Origin: Thalassobaculaceae bacterium
Lineage (GTDB): Bacteria > Pseudomonadota > Alphaproteobacteria > Thalassobaculales > Thalassobaculaceae
Direction of reading: 5' to 3'
Assembly: GCA_965228875.1 (NCBI GenBank)
Contig: OZ245843.1
Coordinates: 62,001 to 126,000, forward strand
DNA: 64,000 nucleotides
Below the pieces are notes generated by a model. It was not told where the DNA came from. It did no database searches and saw only the letters and a list, made by a program, of their open reading frames with translations. Shown one piece after another: positions 24,416 to 38,157 of the stretch (the stretch's first letter is position 1; each line of letters opens with the position of its first letter). A program made the position numbers and the translations under genes.

Positions 24416-26509
24416 TTGGAGATTCTGGCCGGCAGCTACCATCGCCTCGGCGCCCATGCCGAGCCCGACGGCGTGAACTTCGCCCTGTTCTCCGAGAACG
24501 CCGCACGGGTCGAACTCTGCCTGTTCGACGCGACGGGGCAGGAGGTCCGGCGCCTCGACCTCCCGGAGCGTAGTGGGCCGGTCTGGCACGGGTTCGTCCC
24601 CGGTCTTGGCCCCGGGTGCCGATACGGCTATCGCGTCCACGGCCTCTACGCGCCGGACCGGGGCCATCGCTTCAATCCGAACAAGCTGCTGCTCGACCCC
24701 TACGCGCGGGCTCTTGACGGCGGGTTCGTGCACGGCGATGCGCTGTACGGCTTCGACATCCGTGCGGACGAGGAGGATCTGTCCTTCGATGGCCGCGACA
24801 GCGCGCCTTTCATGCCGAAGGCGCTGGTGACGGCGCCGGACCATGCCGTCTCGGCCGGTGGTAGCCTGCGGACCCCATGGAGCGGGAGTGTCCTGTATGA
24901 GGCGCATGTCAAAGGTCTCACGAAGCGCCTGGAGACCCTAGAGGAGCCGCTGCGCGGGACCTACGACGCTCTCGGCCATCCTCGTGTCATCGAACACCTG
25001 ACCGCGCTCGGCGTGACCGCGGTCGAACTGCTGCCGGTTCAGGGGATCCTCGACGAGCCGTTCCTCGCCGAGCAGGGGATGGTCAACTATTGGGGCTACA
25101 GTCCGATCGCCTATTTCATCGCCGATCCGCGATATGCCGGGCCGGCCGGGACCGCGGGGTTCCGCGATGCGGTTCGGCGTCTGCACGACGCGGGGATCGA
25201 GGTGCTCCTTGATGTGGTCTACAACCACACCGGCGAGGGCGACCACAGGGGCCCGACGGTGTCCTTTCGCGGGCTGGACAACGCCTCCTACTACCGTCTG
25301 CAGCGGGGGAGACCGCGCTTCTACGCTGACGATACGGGCTGCGGCAACACGTTGAACACGGCGCATCCCTTCGTCGCCAGAATGGCGTTGGACAGCCTGC
25401 GGTATTGGGTCGAGGTCATGGGCGTCGACGGCTTCCGCTTCGACCTGGCGACCGCGCTCGGGCGCGAGGACAACGGGTTCGAGGCGGGGGCGGGGTTCCT
25501 CGATGCCCTGACCCAGGATCCCGTTCTGTCGGCGGTCAAGCTGATCGCGGAGCCCTGGGACATCGGGCCGAACGGCTATCGGCTCGGCGGTTTTCCGTTT
25601 CCGTTCGCCGAATGGAACGACCGGTTCCGCGACGACGTCAGGAAGTTCTGGCGCGGCGACGACCACGGCGCCCACGACCTCGCGGCGCGGCTGCTCGGCT
25701 CGTCGGAAGTGTTCGAGGCGGCGGGACGCGCGGCCTGGAGTTCGGTCAACCTCGTCACCGCCCATGACGGCTTCACCCTGGCCGATGTCGCCGCCTACAA
25801 CGACCGTCACAACGACGCCAACGGCGAGGACAACCGCGACGGTCACGAGGCCAACTACAGTGACAACTGCGGCACCGAGGGGCCGAGCGACGATCCGGCG
25901 ATCCTGGCCCGCCGTGCCCGCCGACGGCGCAACCTGCTGACCACGCTGCTGGTCTCGCAGGGCACGCCGATGCTGCTCGCCGGCGACGAGATCGCCAACA
26001 GCCAGGGTGGCAACAACAACGCCTATTGTCAGGACAACGAGATCGGCTGGGTCGACTGGCCGTCGGCGGACCGGGAGATGCTCGCCTTCGCGCGTCGGCT
26101 GACGGCCCTGCGCCGGAACCACCCGGCCCTGCGCCAGGCGCGGTTCCTGCACGGCCGCGTCCGGGCGGACGATGGCCAGCCCGACGTGAGCTGGCGGGCG
26201 TTCGACGGTCGGGCCGTGAACTGGCGCGATCCGGGCCTGGACGTCTTCTGCCTGCGTGTGCGCGGGTCGGCGGAGGCGTCCGACCCGTCGCTGGTCGATG
26301 ACGACGTGTTCCTCGCCTTCAACGCCGAGCGGCGGGACCGGACCGTCGTCCTGCCGGAGCCGCCCGAAGGTCGGATCTGGTGCCGGTATCTGGACACCGC
26401 GGGGCCCGACGAACCGGAGCGGCCGGCGACCGACCGCGAACCCGTTTCCGGCGAGTCGGTCGTCGTCTTCGTTCTCGGCGACGCCGACGGCGCGCGGTCG
26501 TCCCCATGA
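24416..26509 (+). CDS. glgX: Glycogen debranching enzyme
   Basis: NFALFSENA, YEAHVKG, NYWGY, DVVYNHT, DGFRFDLA, LIAEPWD; TTG start after GGAGA (start uncertain). Confidence 0.95.
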   Translation: MEILAGSYHRLGAHAEPDGVNFALFSENAARVELCLFDATGQEVRRLDLPERSGPVWHGFVPGLGPGCRYGYRVHGLYAPDRGHRFNPNKLLLDPYARALDGGFVHGDALYGFDIRADEEDLSFDGRDSAPFMPKALVTAPDHAVSAGGSLRTPWSGSVLYEAHVKGLTKRLETLEEPLRGTYDALGHPRVIEHLTALGVTAVELLPVQGILDEPFLAEQGMVNYWGYSPIAYFIADPRYAGPAGTAGFRDAVRRLHDAGIEVLLDVVYNHTGEGDHRGPTVSFRGLDNASYYRLQRGRPRFYADDTGCGNTLNTAHPFVARMALDSLRYWVEVMGVDGFRFDLATALGREDNGFEAGAGFLDALTQDPVLSAVKLIAEPWDIGPNGYRLGGFPFPFAEWNDRFRDDVRKFWRGDDHGAHDLAARLLGSSEVFEAAGRAAWSSVNLVTAHDGFTLADVAAYNDRHNDANGEDNRDGHEANYSDNCGTEGPSDDPAILARRARRRRNLLTTLLVSQGTPMLLAGDEIANSQGGNNNAYCQDNEIGWVDWPSADREMLAFARRLTALRRNHPALRQARFLHGRVRADDGQPDVSWRAFDGRAVNWRDPGLDVFCLRVRGSAEASDPSLVDDDVFLAFNAERRDRTVVLPEPPEGRIWCRYLDTAGPDEPERPATDREPVSGESVVVFVLGDADGARSSP

Positions 26510-28503
26510 CCGACGGCGACCTGGACGCGCTTGCCGGTCATGCCGGGCTCCTGGCGCGCTACCACGACCTTTCGGGCGTCGAGCATGTGGCGTCGCAGGA
26601 GACCAAGCGGACCCTGCTGACGGCGATGGGCCTGGATGCGGAGAGGCCCGGCGAGGCGCTCCGTCATCGCCAGGCGGAGGAGGCGGAGCGCGCGCTGCCG
26701 CCGGCGGTGGTCGTGCGCGCCGGATTTTCCGCCGATGTGCCTGTACGCGAGGGCGCGTGCGGCGACGGCACCGAATGGCGTTTGGCGCCGGATCCGCGGA
26801 CCGCGGCGACCCTCAACGGTGACCGGGTGCGGGACGGCACGATCCATCTTCCGGCTCTGCCGGTCGGCCTGCATCTCCTGGTCGTACGCGAACGCCATAC
26901 CTTGATCGTGGCCGCTCCCGACACCGCGCCGGATCTCGCGTTCCGTGACCTGACGCCGCCGTGCTGGGGCGTGACGGCGGCGCTGTACGGGCTGCGCTCC
27001 GACGACAACCTGGGGATCGGCACCTATCGCGATCTGGGTCGTGCGGCGGCGGCTCTCGGCCGGCAGGGGGCCGATTTCATCGGTATCAACCCGGTGCATG
27101 CGCTGGGCGCCGGATCGGCGACGATCAGCCCGTACTCGCCGACCCATCGCGGTTTCCTGAACACCGACCACATAGCGCCAGAGGGCGAGTATGCGGCCGG
27201 TGCCGCCGCCGCGGGCTTGCGGGTGGGCGAGCGGCTCGACTACGCCGCCAGTCGGATGCTGCTGGACGCCGCGCTCCGGGCGGAGCACGCGGTGGCGGCT
27301 CCGGCCGACCAGCGGGATTTCCGGGCGTTCCTCGGTCGCGGCGGCACGGCGCTCCGGGATTTCGCAACCTTCGAGGCGCTGTCCCTGTTGCACGGGCCGG
27401 ACTGGCGGGTCTGGCCCGAGGACCTGAGACACCCGACCACGAGCGCCGTCAGGCGCTTCGCCGAGGAGAGCGCCGACGAGATCGAGCACCATGCCTATCG
27501 GCAGTGGCGGGCGGACCGTCAGCTTGCCGAGGCCCAGCGCGCCGCCAAGGAAGCCGGGATGGCCCTTGGTCTGTATGTCGATCTCGCCATCGGCGTGCGG
27601 CCGGACGGGGCGGAGGTCTGGGCCGAACCGCATGCCTTCGCGCGCGGCGTGTCGCTCGGAACCCCGCCGGACCAGTTCAACGCCCAGGGACAGGTCTGGG
27701 GGCTGGCGCCGCTGTCGCCGCTCGGTCTCGAGGCGGACCTGTACCGCCCCTTCGTCGACACCATGCGGGCGGTGGTGAGCCATGCGGGCATTGCGCGGAT
27801 CGATCACGTCCTCGGCTTCATGCGCTGCTTCTGGGTGCCGGAGGACGGCGCGCCGGGGGCCTATGTCCGCTATCCGAGCGAGGTGCTGCTCGCCATCGCC
27901 AAGGTCGAGGCGTTCCACGCCAATTGCCTGCTGGTCGGCGAGGATCTGGGCGTCCTGCCCGAGGGACTGCGCGACCGCCTTGCCGAATCCCGGCTGTATG
28001 GCTGCTCCGTCGCGCAGTTCGAGCGCGGTGCGGACGGCGACCTGCTGCATCCCGCCGACTTCCGGCCGGCGACGGTGGCCAGCTTCGCGACCCACGATAC
28101 GCCCACCGTTCGGGGCTTCTGGCGCGGTTGGGAGATCGACCGTCAGGAAGCGTTCGGCCAGATCGACGCGGATACCGCGGCCGCGATGCGCCAACGCCGG
28201 GATTGGGACCGCCGGCGGCTGCACTGGCTGATCGACGGGGCATCGGACGACCCGCCGGCGGATCTCGATATCGATCACATCGCCCGGCTCCACGCGCTGC
28301 TGGCGCAGGGGGCGGGAGAGCTTCTGGCGATCCAGTTGGACGACGTCTTCGCCCGCGTCGAGCAGCCGAACTTCCCGGGAACGGTCGACGAATACCCCAA
28401 CTGGCGCCTAAAATGCCCGGCAACGATCGGGGAGTTCGAGGATATCCCCGCGCTCGAACCCGTACGCCGCACGGTGGACAGTCGCCGGCGGCGCGATAGA
28501 TAA
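26506..28503 (+). CDS. malQ: 4-alpha-glucanotransferase (amylomaltase, GH77)
   Basis: SPYSP, PPDQFNAQGQ.WG, RIDHVLG, GEDLG, THDTP, NFPGT..PNWR; ATGA overlap with glgX. Confidence 0.95.
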   Translation: MTDGDLDALAGHAGLLARYHDLSGVEHVASQETKRTLLTAMGLDAERPGEALRHRQAEEAERALPPAVVVRAGFSADVPVREGACGDGTEWRLAPDPRTAATLNGDRVRDGTIHLPALPVGLHLLVVRERHTLIVAAPDTAPDLAFRDLTPPCWGVTAALYGLRSDDNLGIGTYRDLGRAAAALGRQGADFIGINPVHALGAGSATISPYSPTHRGFLNTDHIAPEGEYAAGAAAAGLRVGERLDYAASRMLLDAALRAEHAVAAPADQRDFRAFLGRGGTALRDFATFEALSLLHGPDWRVWPEDLRHPTTSAVRRFAEESADEIEHHAYRQWRADRQLAEAQRAAKEAGMALGLYVDLAIGVRPDGAEVWAEPHAFARGVSLGTPPDQFNAQGQVWGLAPLSPLGLEADLYRPFVDTMRAVVSHAGIARIDHVLGFMRCFWVPEDGAPGAYVRYPSEVLLAIAKVEAFHANCLLVGEDLGVLPEGLRDRLAESRLYGCSVAQFERGADGDLLHPADFRPATVASFATHDTPTVRGFWRGWEIDRQEAFGQIDADTAAAMRQRRDWDRRRLHWLIDGASDDPPADLDIDHIARLHALLAQGAGELLAIQLDDVFARVEQPNFPGTVDEYPNWRLKCPATIGEFEDIPALEPVRRTVDSRRRRDR

Positions 28504-28619
28504 GCGGGCGAGTGGAGGAGATGCCCGAGGACATAGCGGCGCGGTACGGTGGCGGACGGGTGTCGGCCATCGGCTCCCGCGCGGCGACGTCGGCGGGCGA
28601 CAGCGAAGGGAACCAGTAC

Positions 28620-31046
<2,427 letters not shown>

Positions 31047-31182
31047 AGCGCGGTCGGTCCGGGTCGAAACGATCCGAACCGTGAATCGCCCTCTAAAGCG
31101 TTGAAGACAGAGCAAACTGACACGACCGGATGTGTCCGACCGATCGTGATTTGCTGTTGTGCCACCGGTCGAACGGAGAACC

Positions 31183-33384
31183 ATGACCGACGAACGTCCG
31201 CTCATCGATCCCACGGCCGCCGCCGATATCGCGCGCGGCATCCATGCCGACCCGTTCTCGGTACTCGGTCCGCACCCGCACGACGGCGGTTATGTGCTGC
31301 GCGCGTTTCTGCCGGGAGCGGATCGGGTCGAGGCGATCGCCGCGGCGTCCGGCGAATCGGTCGCGACCCTGCAGCCGGCCGGAGCGGAGGGTGTCTTCGC
31401 CGGCGCGCTGGCCGCTCCTCCGGGCCCCTATCGCCTGCGGGCCTGGAGGGGGGAGGAGACCTGGGAGACCGCCGACCCCTATGCCTTTCCGCCGGTGATC
31501 GGAACGCAGGACGAGCACTACCTCTCCGAGGGCAGTCACCTGCGGCTGTGGGAGGTGCTGGGCGCCCATCCGATGACCCTGGACGGCGTGGACGGCACCC
31601 ATTTCGCGGTCTGGGCGCCGAACGCGATGCGCGTCTCGGTCGTGGGGGACTTCAATGAGTGGGACGGCCGGCGCCATGTGATGCGGGTTCGCGGAGCGAC
31701 CGGAATCTGGGAGATCTTTCTGCCCGGCGTCGCCTCCGGCGCCCGCTACAAGTATGAGATCCGCGGACCCGGCGGGGTGCTGCAGCCCCTGAAGGCGGAT
31801 CCGGTCGGATTCGGCTCGGAGCACCCGCCGCAAAACGCGTCCATCGTGCGCGACCTGCGCGGCTACGACTGGCGGGATGGCGAGTGGATGGCCGCCCGGG
31901 CGGCGCGCAACCGGGTGGATGCGCCGATCTCCATCTACGAGGTGCATCTGGGCTCCTGGAAGCGGCGATGGGAGGAGGGCGGACGCAGGCTGTCCTACCG
32001 CGAGCTTGGGGAGGATCTGGTTCCCTACGTCGCCGACATGGGGTTCACGCATCTCGAGATTCTGCCCGTGTCGGAGCACCCGTTCGACGGGTCGTGGGGC
32101 TACCAGCCGGTCGGCCTGTTCGCGCCGTCGATCCGCTACGGCACGCCGGAGGAGTTCCGCGACTTCGTCACCGCCTGCCACGCGCACGGGCTGGGTCTGA
32201 TCCTCGACTGGGTGCCGGGGCATTTTCCCAACGACCCGCACGGCCTCGCCCGCTTCGACGGCAGCGCGCTCTACGAGCACGCTGACCCGCGGGAAGGGTT
32301 CCACCAGGACTGGAACACCCTGATCTACAATTTCGGCCGCCGGGAGGTGGCGAATTTCCTGATCGCCAACGCCCTGTACTGGACGACGGAGCACCATGCC
32401 GACGGCCTGCGCGTGGATGCCGTGGCCTCGATGCTGTACCGCGATTACAGCCGCGCGGCGGGCGAATGGGTGCCGAACGTCCATGGCGGGCGCGAGAACC
32501 TGGAGGCGATTGCGCTGCTCCGGCGCATGAACGAGGTGGTCTACGGTGCCGACCCGTCAGTGATGACGGTGGCCGAGGAGTCGACCGCGTGGCCCGGGGT
32601 GTCTCGACCGACGGATGCGGGGGGGCTCGGGTTCGGCTTCAAGTGGAACATGGGCTGGATGAACGACACCCTGGAATACATGCAGGAGGACCCGATCCAC
32701 CGGCGGCATCATCACGCGAAGATGACGTTCGGACTGGACTACGCCTTCACCGAGAACTTCGTTCTGCCCCTGAGCCATGACGAGGTGGTGCACGGCAAGG
32801 GCTCGATCCTCGGGCGGATGCCGGGCGACCGATGGCAGCGTTTCGCGAACCTGCGCGCCTACTATGCGTTCATGTGGACCCATCCCGGGAAGAAGCTGCT
32901 CTTCATGGGCGGCGAATTCGGCCAGCAGAGCGAGTGGGACCATGACGGCGCGCTCGACTGGGACTGCCTGGAGGCGGCAGAGCATGCCGGGGTGCGTAAC
33001 CTGGTCCGCGACCTGAACCGGCTGTACCGCGAGGTGCCGGCGCTGCACCGCCGTGACGCACGGGCCGACGGTTTCCGGTGGATCAATGGCGGCGCCGAGG
33101 CGGAATCGGTAATCGCCTGGGCACGGTTCGGCGAGGCCGACGACCCTCCGGTCGCGGCGGTGTTCAATTTCACGCCGGTGCCGCGCCGGGGCTGGCGGAT
33201 CGGACTGCCGGCGGGCGGGCGCTGGGCCCTGCGCCTCAACACCGATGCCGCTGTCTACGGCGGCGGCGGGGCGGAAACTTGGGACGGGTTCGAGGCGGAG
33301 GCGATACCGTGGGACGGTTTCGAGTTCTCGATCCCGGTGGACCTGCCGTCGCTGGCCGCTTTGGTTCTGGAGCGGAGCGTCTGA
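31183..33384 (+). CDS. glgB: 1,4-alpha-glucan branching enzyme
   Basis: [47 protein letters not shown]. Confidence 0.97.
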   Translation: MTDERPLIDPTAAADIARGIHADPFSVLGPHPHDGGYVLRAFLPGADRVEAIAAASGESVATLQPAGAEGVFAGALAAPPGPYRLRAWRGEETWETADPYAFPPVIGTQDEHYLSEGSHLRLWEVLGAHPMTLDGVDGTHFAVWAPNAMRVSVVGDFNEWDGRRHVMRVRGATGIWEIFLPGVASGARYKYEIRGPGGVLQPLKADPVGFGSEHPPQNASIVRDLRGYDWRDGEWMAARAARNRVDAPISIYEVHLGSWKRRWEEGGRRLSYRELGEDLVPYVADMGFTHLEILPVSEHPFDGSWGYQPVGLFAPSIRYGTPEEFRDFVTACHAHGLGLILDWVPGHFPNDPHGLARFDGSALYEHADPREGFHQDWNTLIYNFGRREVANFLIANALYWTTEHHADGLRVDAVASMLYRDYSRAAGEWVPNVHGGRENLEAIALLRRMNEVVYGADPSVMTVAEESTAWPGVSRPTDAGGLGFGFKWNMGWMNDTLEYMQEDPIHRRHHHAKMTFGLDYAFTENFVLPLSHDEVVHGKGSILGRMPGDRWQRFANLRAYYAFMWTHPGKKLLFMGGEFGQQSEWDHDGALDWDCLEAAEHAGVRNLVRDLNRLYREVPALHRRDARADGFRWINGGAEAESVIAWARFGEADDPPVAAVFNFTPVPRRGWRIGLPAGGRWALRLNTDAAVYGGGGAETWDGFEAEAIPWDGFEFSIPVDLPSLAALVLERSV

Positions 33385-33408
33385 GGCGGGACCGGCCTGC
33401 CGCGTGGC

Positions 33409-33657
33409 TCAGGCGATATCGCGGCCGAGGGTCTCGTCGTCCGTTATAAGCCCCTTGGCCAGATCCTCCTCCAGGTCCCGGACCCGGGACCAGAGCGCTG
33501 TCTTGGTTTCCACCGGCAGGCTCTCAAGCGTCTGCTGGCAGAGGATCAGGCTCAGGTTGTCGTTGTTGTCGATCGCACTGGCGAGATCGGTGTACGCCGA
33601 ACTCTTCCGCCCCAGCACCTCGGCGATGGCCTTCAGGACGATGTTCTTCTTGGACAT
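33409..33657 (-). CDS. Small hypothetical protein (82 aa)
   Basis: Protein-like composition unlike shadow ORFs; GGGGA RBS. Confidence 0.65.
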   Translation of the reverse strand: MSKKNIVLKAIAEVLGRKSSAYTDLASAIDNNDNLSLILCQQTLESLPVETKTALWSRVRDLEEDLAKGLITDDETLGRDIA

Positions 33658-33855
33658 CTTCGGTCCCCAGGAAACGGACGCGGAAACTGTAAGTGATTCG
33701 CGAATCCGGCGTCCATGCCCGGATGGCCCCTCGCGTGTGATTCTTCACACGATGGGAGATTGCGGGTTGCCAGAACCGACCGATAAATTGGATAGTGTTT
33801 TAGAAAAATACGGCCGTTGACACGGTCCGCGCACACGGAAGGACTGCGGATCGGC

Positions 33856-34404
33856 ATGCGAATGTTTCGACGAAACGCGGGATCTCGAGAGACGGCCGAT
33901 TCAGATCGGGCTCCACTCCGCCTTGCAAAGAACGCCAGCGCCCGCCTGGATGACGAGGGATCCGGACTCAATCCGCTCGCGGTGTCTCTGCTTCGGTTCT
34001 GGTACGCTCACCGGCTCGACACGGGGCTTCCGGACCGCAGGACCTTCGATCCGGCCGGTATGGCCACGTGGCTCGGCTACATCAGCATCTACGAGTACAT
34101 TCCCGAGCGCGAAGACTTCCGCAATCGTCTGGAAGGCAGTTTCACCGTCGACAAGACCGGAGAGAACTGGACCGGGCGGTACGCATCGGAGGTGGACTCG
34201 AAGTTCGGGTCGCGGTTTCTTGCGGAACTGCTGGAGACCCGGAGCCAGCGGGCACCCCGCATCGACCTCATCCAGATCTTCCAGAACGACTTCGGCGTGG
34301 CGGAGCGCCTGCTTCTGCCCGTGTCCCGGATCGGAAGCGACGAGGCGGACCAGGTCTTCGTCGCGATCTTCGCCAGCGCATCGCAGGCTACCGTGATGGC
34401 CTGA
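33856..34404 (+). CDS. Stand-alone PAS_5-like domain protein (start uncertain)
   Basis: FW...GLPDRRTFDP..M..WLGYI..DFRNRLEGS...ERLLLP. Confidence 0.75.
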   Translation: MRMFRRNAGSRETADSDRAPLRLAKNASARLDDEGSGLNPLAVSLLRFWYAHRLDTGLPDRRTFDPAGMATWLGYISIYEYIPEREDFRNRLEGSFTVDKTGENWTGRYASEVDSKFGSRFLAELLETRSQRAPRIDLIQIFQNDFGVAERLLLPVSRIGSDEADQVFVAIFASASQATVMA

Positions 34405-36160
34405 ACGACGGCGGGGCCACGGCGATCCCCTCCTCATTCAATCGGACCCTCATCTCCCCGAGTTGGTCGGCATAGCGCCGCCACGCGCCGACGGACCTGT
34501 CGTGGATCGGCTCGCGGACCTGTTCGAGGCTCGCGGTGCGCACCAGACGGAGATTGCCCGCGAAATCGAGACAGCGTGCGTTCCACGGCAGACCGCAGTA
34601 GTCCAGCAGCGCGTGGACCGTGGCGTCGGGGTTGGCGACGAGGCGTTCGTAGGTCAGCTCGAACATGCCGTCGGGCCGGCGCTCCATCCAATGCGTCATG
34701 AACCGGCGATAGGTGGCGTAGAGTTGCGCGACCTCGCTCTGATCGTAGGCATAGAGGAATCCCCAGCCGACGAAGTTGTGCCGATAGATCGAGAAACAGG
34801 TATCCATCGGGTCGCGCCGGCAATGGACGATCCGGGCCCGAGGCAGGGCGGCCCAGATCGCGGGAATCATCTGAAAATTGCCGGGGGTCTTGTTGACCGT
34901 TACCGGCCGGCCGCTTGGCTCCAGCGACGCCTCGTAGGCGGTGCCGATCCGGCGCCAGTCGTCGAGCGCGAGGTGGCGGGCGCCGTCGGGAAACGCGTCC
35001 TCGCGGTCGATCCGTTCGAGGCCGCGAAGCATTTCGCGGCGCAGGTTCTGTATCTCGCCGGCTCCGTGAACCATCGGGTGGCTCGCCAGGATCTGTTCGA
35101 CCAGGGTCGTGCCGGAGCGCGGCAACCCGACGACGAAGATGTGGTCGAGTCCCGGACCATCGGCGGAACCGGCGTTCTGGCCGACGATCGGGTCGAATGC
35201 CGCAACGATCCGCGAGAAGTACGCCCGATCCGCAATGCTCGAATAGGTGAACTGCCGGCGCACGAAGCCGTTGGCCGTGGCGAGATGCTGAAACGCCCGG
35301 TCGGTGTCGCCCAGGTCGTCGAACACCTTGAACAGGGCGAAATGAGTGTCCGCCAACTGCCGTGGCGGCAGATCCGGACGTGCCGCGAGGCGAAGCAGAG
35401 CGTCGACCCGATCGTCCATCTCCATCTGGCGTGTGATCCGGGCCAGACTGTAGTGGGCCGCGGTGTTGGTCGGTTCGAGACGGACGGCGTCGCGGAAGGC
35501 GAGGCGGGCGGCATCGGTCTGGCCGGCTTCGAGAAGCCTGGTGCCAAGGCGAAGATGGGCAGCGGAGGAGCCGGGCGCCAGGTCGACGGCGTTCCTGCAG
35601 GCCGCGATCGCCTCCTCGATCCGGTAGCGGTCGACCAGGACGTCGGACAGGGCCAGCCAGGGCGCCGGGCCGGGGTCACGCTCGAGGATCCGCCGCAGGG
35701 CCTGTTCGGCGTCCTCGAGCCGGCCGAGCTGACGCATGCCCAGCGCGAAGGCGAACTGGCTCCGGGTTTCGCCGGAGACGACCAGGGCTTCGCGATAGGC
35801 GGCCTCGCTCGCATCCAGCCGTCCCACCTCCGTCAGTTGGCCGGCGAGGGCGAGGGCGATGTCGACACGGCCACGCGCGGCGGCGCGCGCCTTCTCAAGC
35901 TGCGTGACCGAGGCCTTGCCGGCACCGAGGGCGGAGAGAACTAGGCCGGAGCCGAACAGTGCGTCCTCCTGGCCGGGCGCCAGACGCAGGATCGACTCGT
36001 ACGCGTCGAGCGCGGCGCGCAGCCTGCCCGCCCGATGCAGGGACCGGGCGTGGGTCAACGCCTCGGCAATCGCGGAGGTATCGGTGACGCTGGTAGACAC
36101 GGGATCGCCGGGATCGACGGGATCCGGCAATGGTTGGTCGGACAGTGACGTAGACCCCAC
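34388..36160 (-). CDS. TPR-repeat sulfotransferase
   Basis: N-terminal TPRs; PAPS loop VVGLPRSGTTLVEQIL; RDPMDTCFS; YERLV. Confidence 0.9.
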   Translation of the reverse strand: MGSTSLSDQPLPDPVDPGDPVSTSVTDTSAIAEALTHARSLHRAGRLRAALDAYESILRLAPGQEDALFGSGLVLSALGAGKASVTQLEKARAAARGRVDIALALAGQLTEVGRLDASEAAYREALVVSGETRSQFAFALGMRQLGRLEDAEQALRRILERDPGPAPWLALSDVLVDRYRIEEAIAACRNAVDLAPGSSAAHLRLGTRLLEAGQTDAARLAFRDAVRLEPTNTAAHYSLARITRQMEMDDRVDALLRLAARPDLPPRQLADTHFALFKVFDDLGDTDRAFQHLATANGFVRRQFTYSSIADRAYFSRIVAAFDPIVGQNAGSADGPGLDHIFVVGLPRSGTTLVEQILASHPMVHGAGEIQNLRREMLRGLERIDREDAFPDGARHLALDDWRRIGTAYEASLEPSGRPVTVNKTPGNFQMIPAIWAALPRARIVHCRRDPMDTCFSIYRHNFVGWGFLYAYDQSEVAQLYATYRRFMTHWMERRPDGMFELTYERLVANPDATVHALLDYCGLPWNARCLDFAGNLRLVRTASLEQVREPIHDRSVGAWRRYADQLGEMRVRLNEEGIAVAPPSFRPSR

Positions 36161-36429
36161 ACGGGCAGGTCCCGGCGACGCTGCTCTCCTGACAAAAAGA
36201 TGGGGAGCCGGAGCGCGTCGACACAGGGGATAAATTAACGCAATACGGGAAATTATATTGTGCCGCTGGTGCAGGGAACGAGGTGGGACGGATCTCTTTG
36301 ACAGCCGCCGGGGCTACCGATTCATAATCGCGGCCATGTCGTATGTGTATTTATCCCCTCCGGCGCTGGTTCCGCCCGGGGGCGCCCCCGTCCGGAGTTT
36401 CTGGTCCCTGCGGTACGTGCACGGGTGCC

Positions 36430-38157
36430 ATGGCTGACCGCGGTTATGTCGAGGAGACCCGTCGTCTGCTTGCCCTCGCCGAGGCGCAGTCGCGTGGTGG
36501 CGATCATGGCGGCTCGGCACTGACCCTCCGGCATGTCGCCCGACGCCATCCGGGTGTCGCCGTCGGCTGGCTGCAGGCGGCGATCGCCGGCCAGGCCGCG
36601 AGCCGGCCGGGTATCGCACTCCGTGATCTGCACCGGGCTCTGGTGCTCGATCCGGGACTGGCGCCCGGCGCACCGACCCTCGTTGCCCTGAGCCAGGACG
36701 CGGGACGCGCGCAGCGCCATCGCGCGGCGGCGATCTGGGCGGTCACCCATCCGGGCAATGGCGACGCGCTCGCGACCTATGCCGGCAGCCATCAGCAGGC
36801 CGGTCGCCTGGAGCCGGCGGAAAGCCTGGCCCGGCGCGCGCTGCGGCGCGATCCCCGTCTTGGATGGGTCCGCGCCAACCTCGCCGTCACGCTGCGCGAC
36901 ACCGGCCGGCCCGACGCCGCGGTGACGGAACTGCGCCGGGCGGCCGTGCTCGATCCGGGCAGTGCCCTGGTCTGGCGGCGGACGGCGGCGTTGCGGGAGG
37001 TGCTGTCGGATCTTGCGGCCGCGGAGATTGCGGCCGTACGGGCGCTGGCCGCTGACCCGCAGGATCACGCGGCCGCCATCGTCCTCGCTCTGGTGGAGCG
37101 CCGCCAGGGGCGGCTGGAGCGGGCCCTGACGCGGCTGCGCTCGTTGCCGGAGGAGATCGCCGGCGAGACCGGGCGCGAGACGGTGGAGTTCGAACTGGGG
37201 ACGCTGCTGGACCGCCTGGGCGATCCGGCGTCGGCATACCGTCACTTTCAGCGCGCCAACGATCTGGCAGCGGAACGCGCGGGTCCCGGCGCGGCGGATC
37301 CGACATCCTTTCTCGCCATCCTGTCCGGATACGAGGCGGCTTTGCAGGCGCCCTGGCCCTCGCGATGGTTGCCGCTCGACGATGCGCCGGCGCCATTGGT
37401 CTTCATGGTCGGTTTTCCGCGTTCCGGCACAACGCTTCTCGATCAGATCCTCGACGCTCACCCACGGATCCGGGTGATCGAGGAGCAGCCGGTTCTCGCC
37501 GGTCTCGGCAGCGAGTTTGCCCGACAGCCGGCCACGGTCGCCGAACGGATCGCCGCGATGGAGGAACCGGAGGCTGAACGTCTGCGCGCCGATCTCGCCG
37601 CGCGGGCGGCCCGATGGGGCGAGCGCGGGGGAGGGGCGGTGGTCGTCGACAAGATGCCGCTGAACACGGTCTATCTGCCGCTTGCGCTGCGGCTGTTCCC
37701 GAGGGCAAAGGTGATCCTGTCGGTACGCCATCCCTGCGACTGCTGCCTGAGCTGTTTCATGCAGCCGATCCGTCTGAACCCGGCGATGGCGAGCTTCACC
37801 AGCATCGACGGCGCGACGGCGCTCTACGTGCGGGTGATGGCGATCTGGCAGCGGGTTGCGGCGGAATTGACGCCGGACTGCGTGCAGGTTCGCTACGAGG
37901 ACCTGATCGGCGATGTGGAGGGAACGGCGCGGCGGGTGCTCGAGTTCCTTGAACTGGAGTGGGACGAGGCCGTTCTCGACCATACCGGCCACGCCAGAAC
38001 GCGCGGGGTGATCCGCACGCCCAGCTTCCGCCAGGTCTCCGAACCGATCTACACCCGGTCCCGCGGACGATGGGAGAGTTACCGTCCGCAGATGGAGCCT
38101 TACCTGGAGCGGCTACGCCCGTTCATCGACGGTTTCGGGTACGGCAACTCTGGTTAG
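36430..38157 (+). CDS. TPR-repeat sulfotransferase
   Basis: TPRs; MVGFPRSGTTLLDQIL; DKMPLN; RHPCDCCLS; YEDLI. Confidence 0.9.
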   Translation: MADRGYVEETRRLLALAEAQSRGGDHGGSALTLRHVARRHPGVAVGWLQAAIAGQAASRPGIALRDLHRALVLDPGLAPGAPTLVALSQDAGRAQRHRAAAIWAVTHPGNGDALATYAGSHQQAGRLEPAESLARRALRRDPRLGWVRANLAVTLRDTGRPDAAVTELRRAAVLDPGSALVWRRTAALREVLSDLAAAEIAAVRALAADPQDHAAAIVLALVERRQGRLERALTRLRSLPEEIAGETGRETVEFELGTLLDRLGDPASAYRHFQRANDLAAERAGPGAADPTSFLAILSGYEAALQAPWPSRWLPLDDAPAPLVFMVGFPRSGTTLLDQILDAHPRIRVIEEQPVLAGLGSEFARQPATVAERIAAMEEPEAERLRADLAARAARWGERGGGAVVVDKMPLNTVYLPLALRLFPRAKVILSVRHPCDCCLSCFMQPIRLNPAMASFTSIDGATALYVRVMAIWQRVAAELTPDCVQVRYEDLIGDVEGTARRVLEFLELEWDEAVLDHTGHARTRGVIRTPSFRQVSEPIYTRSRGRWESYRPQMEPYLERLRPFIDGFGYGNSG

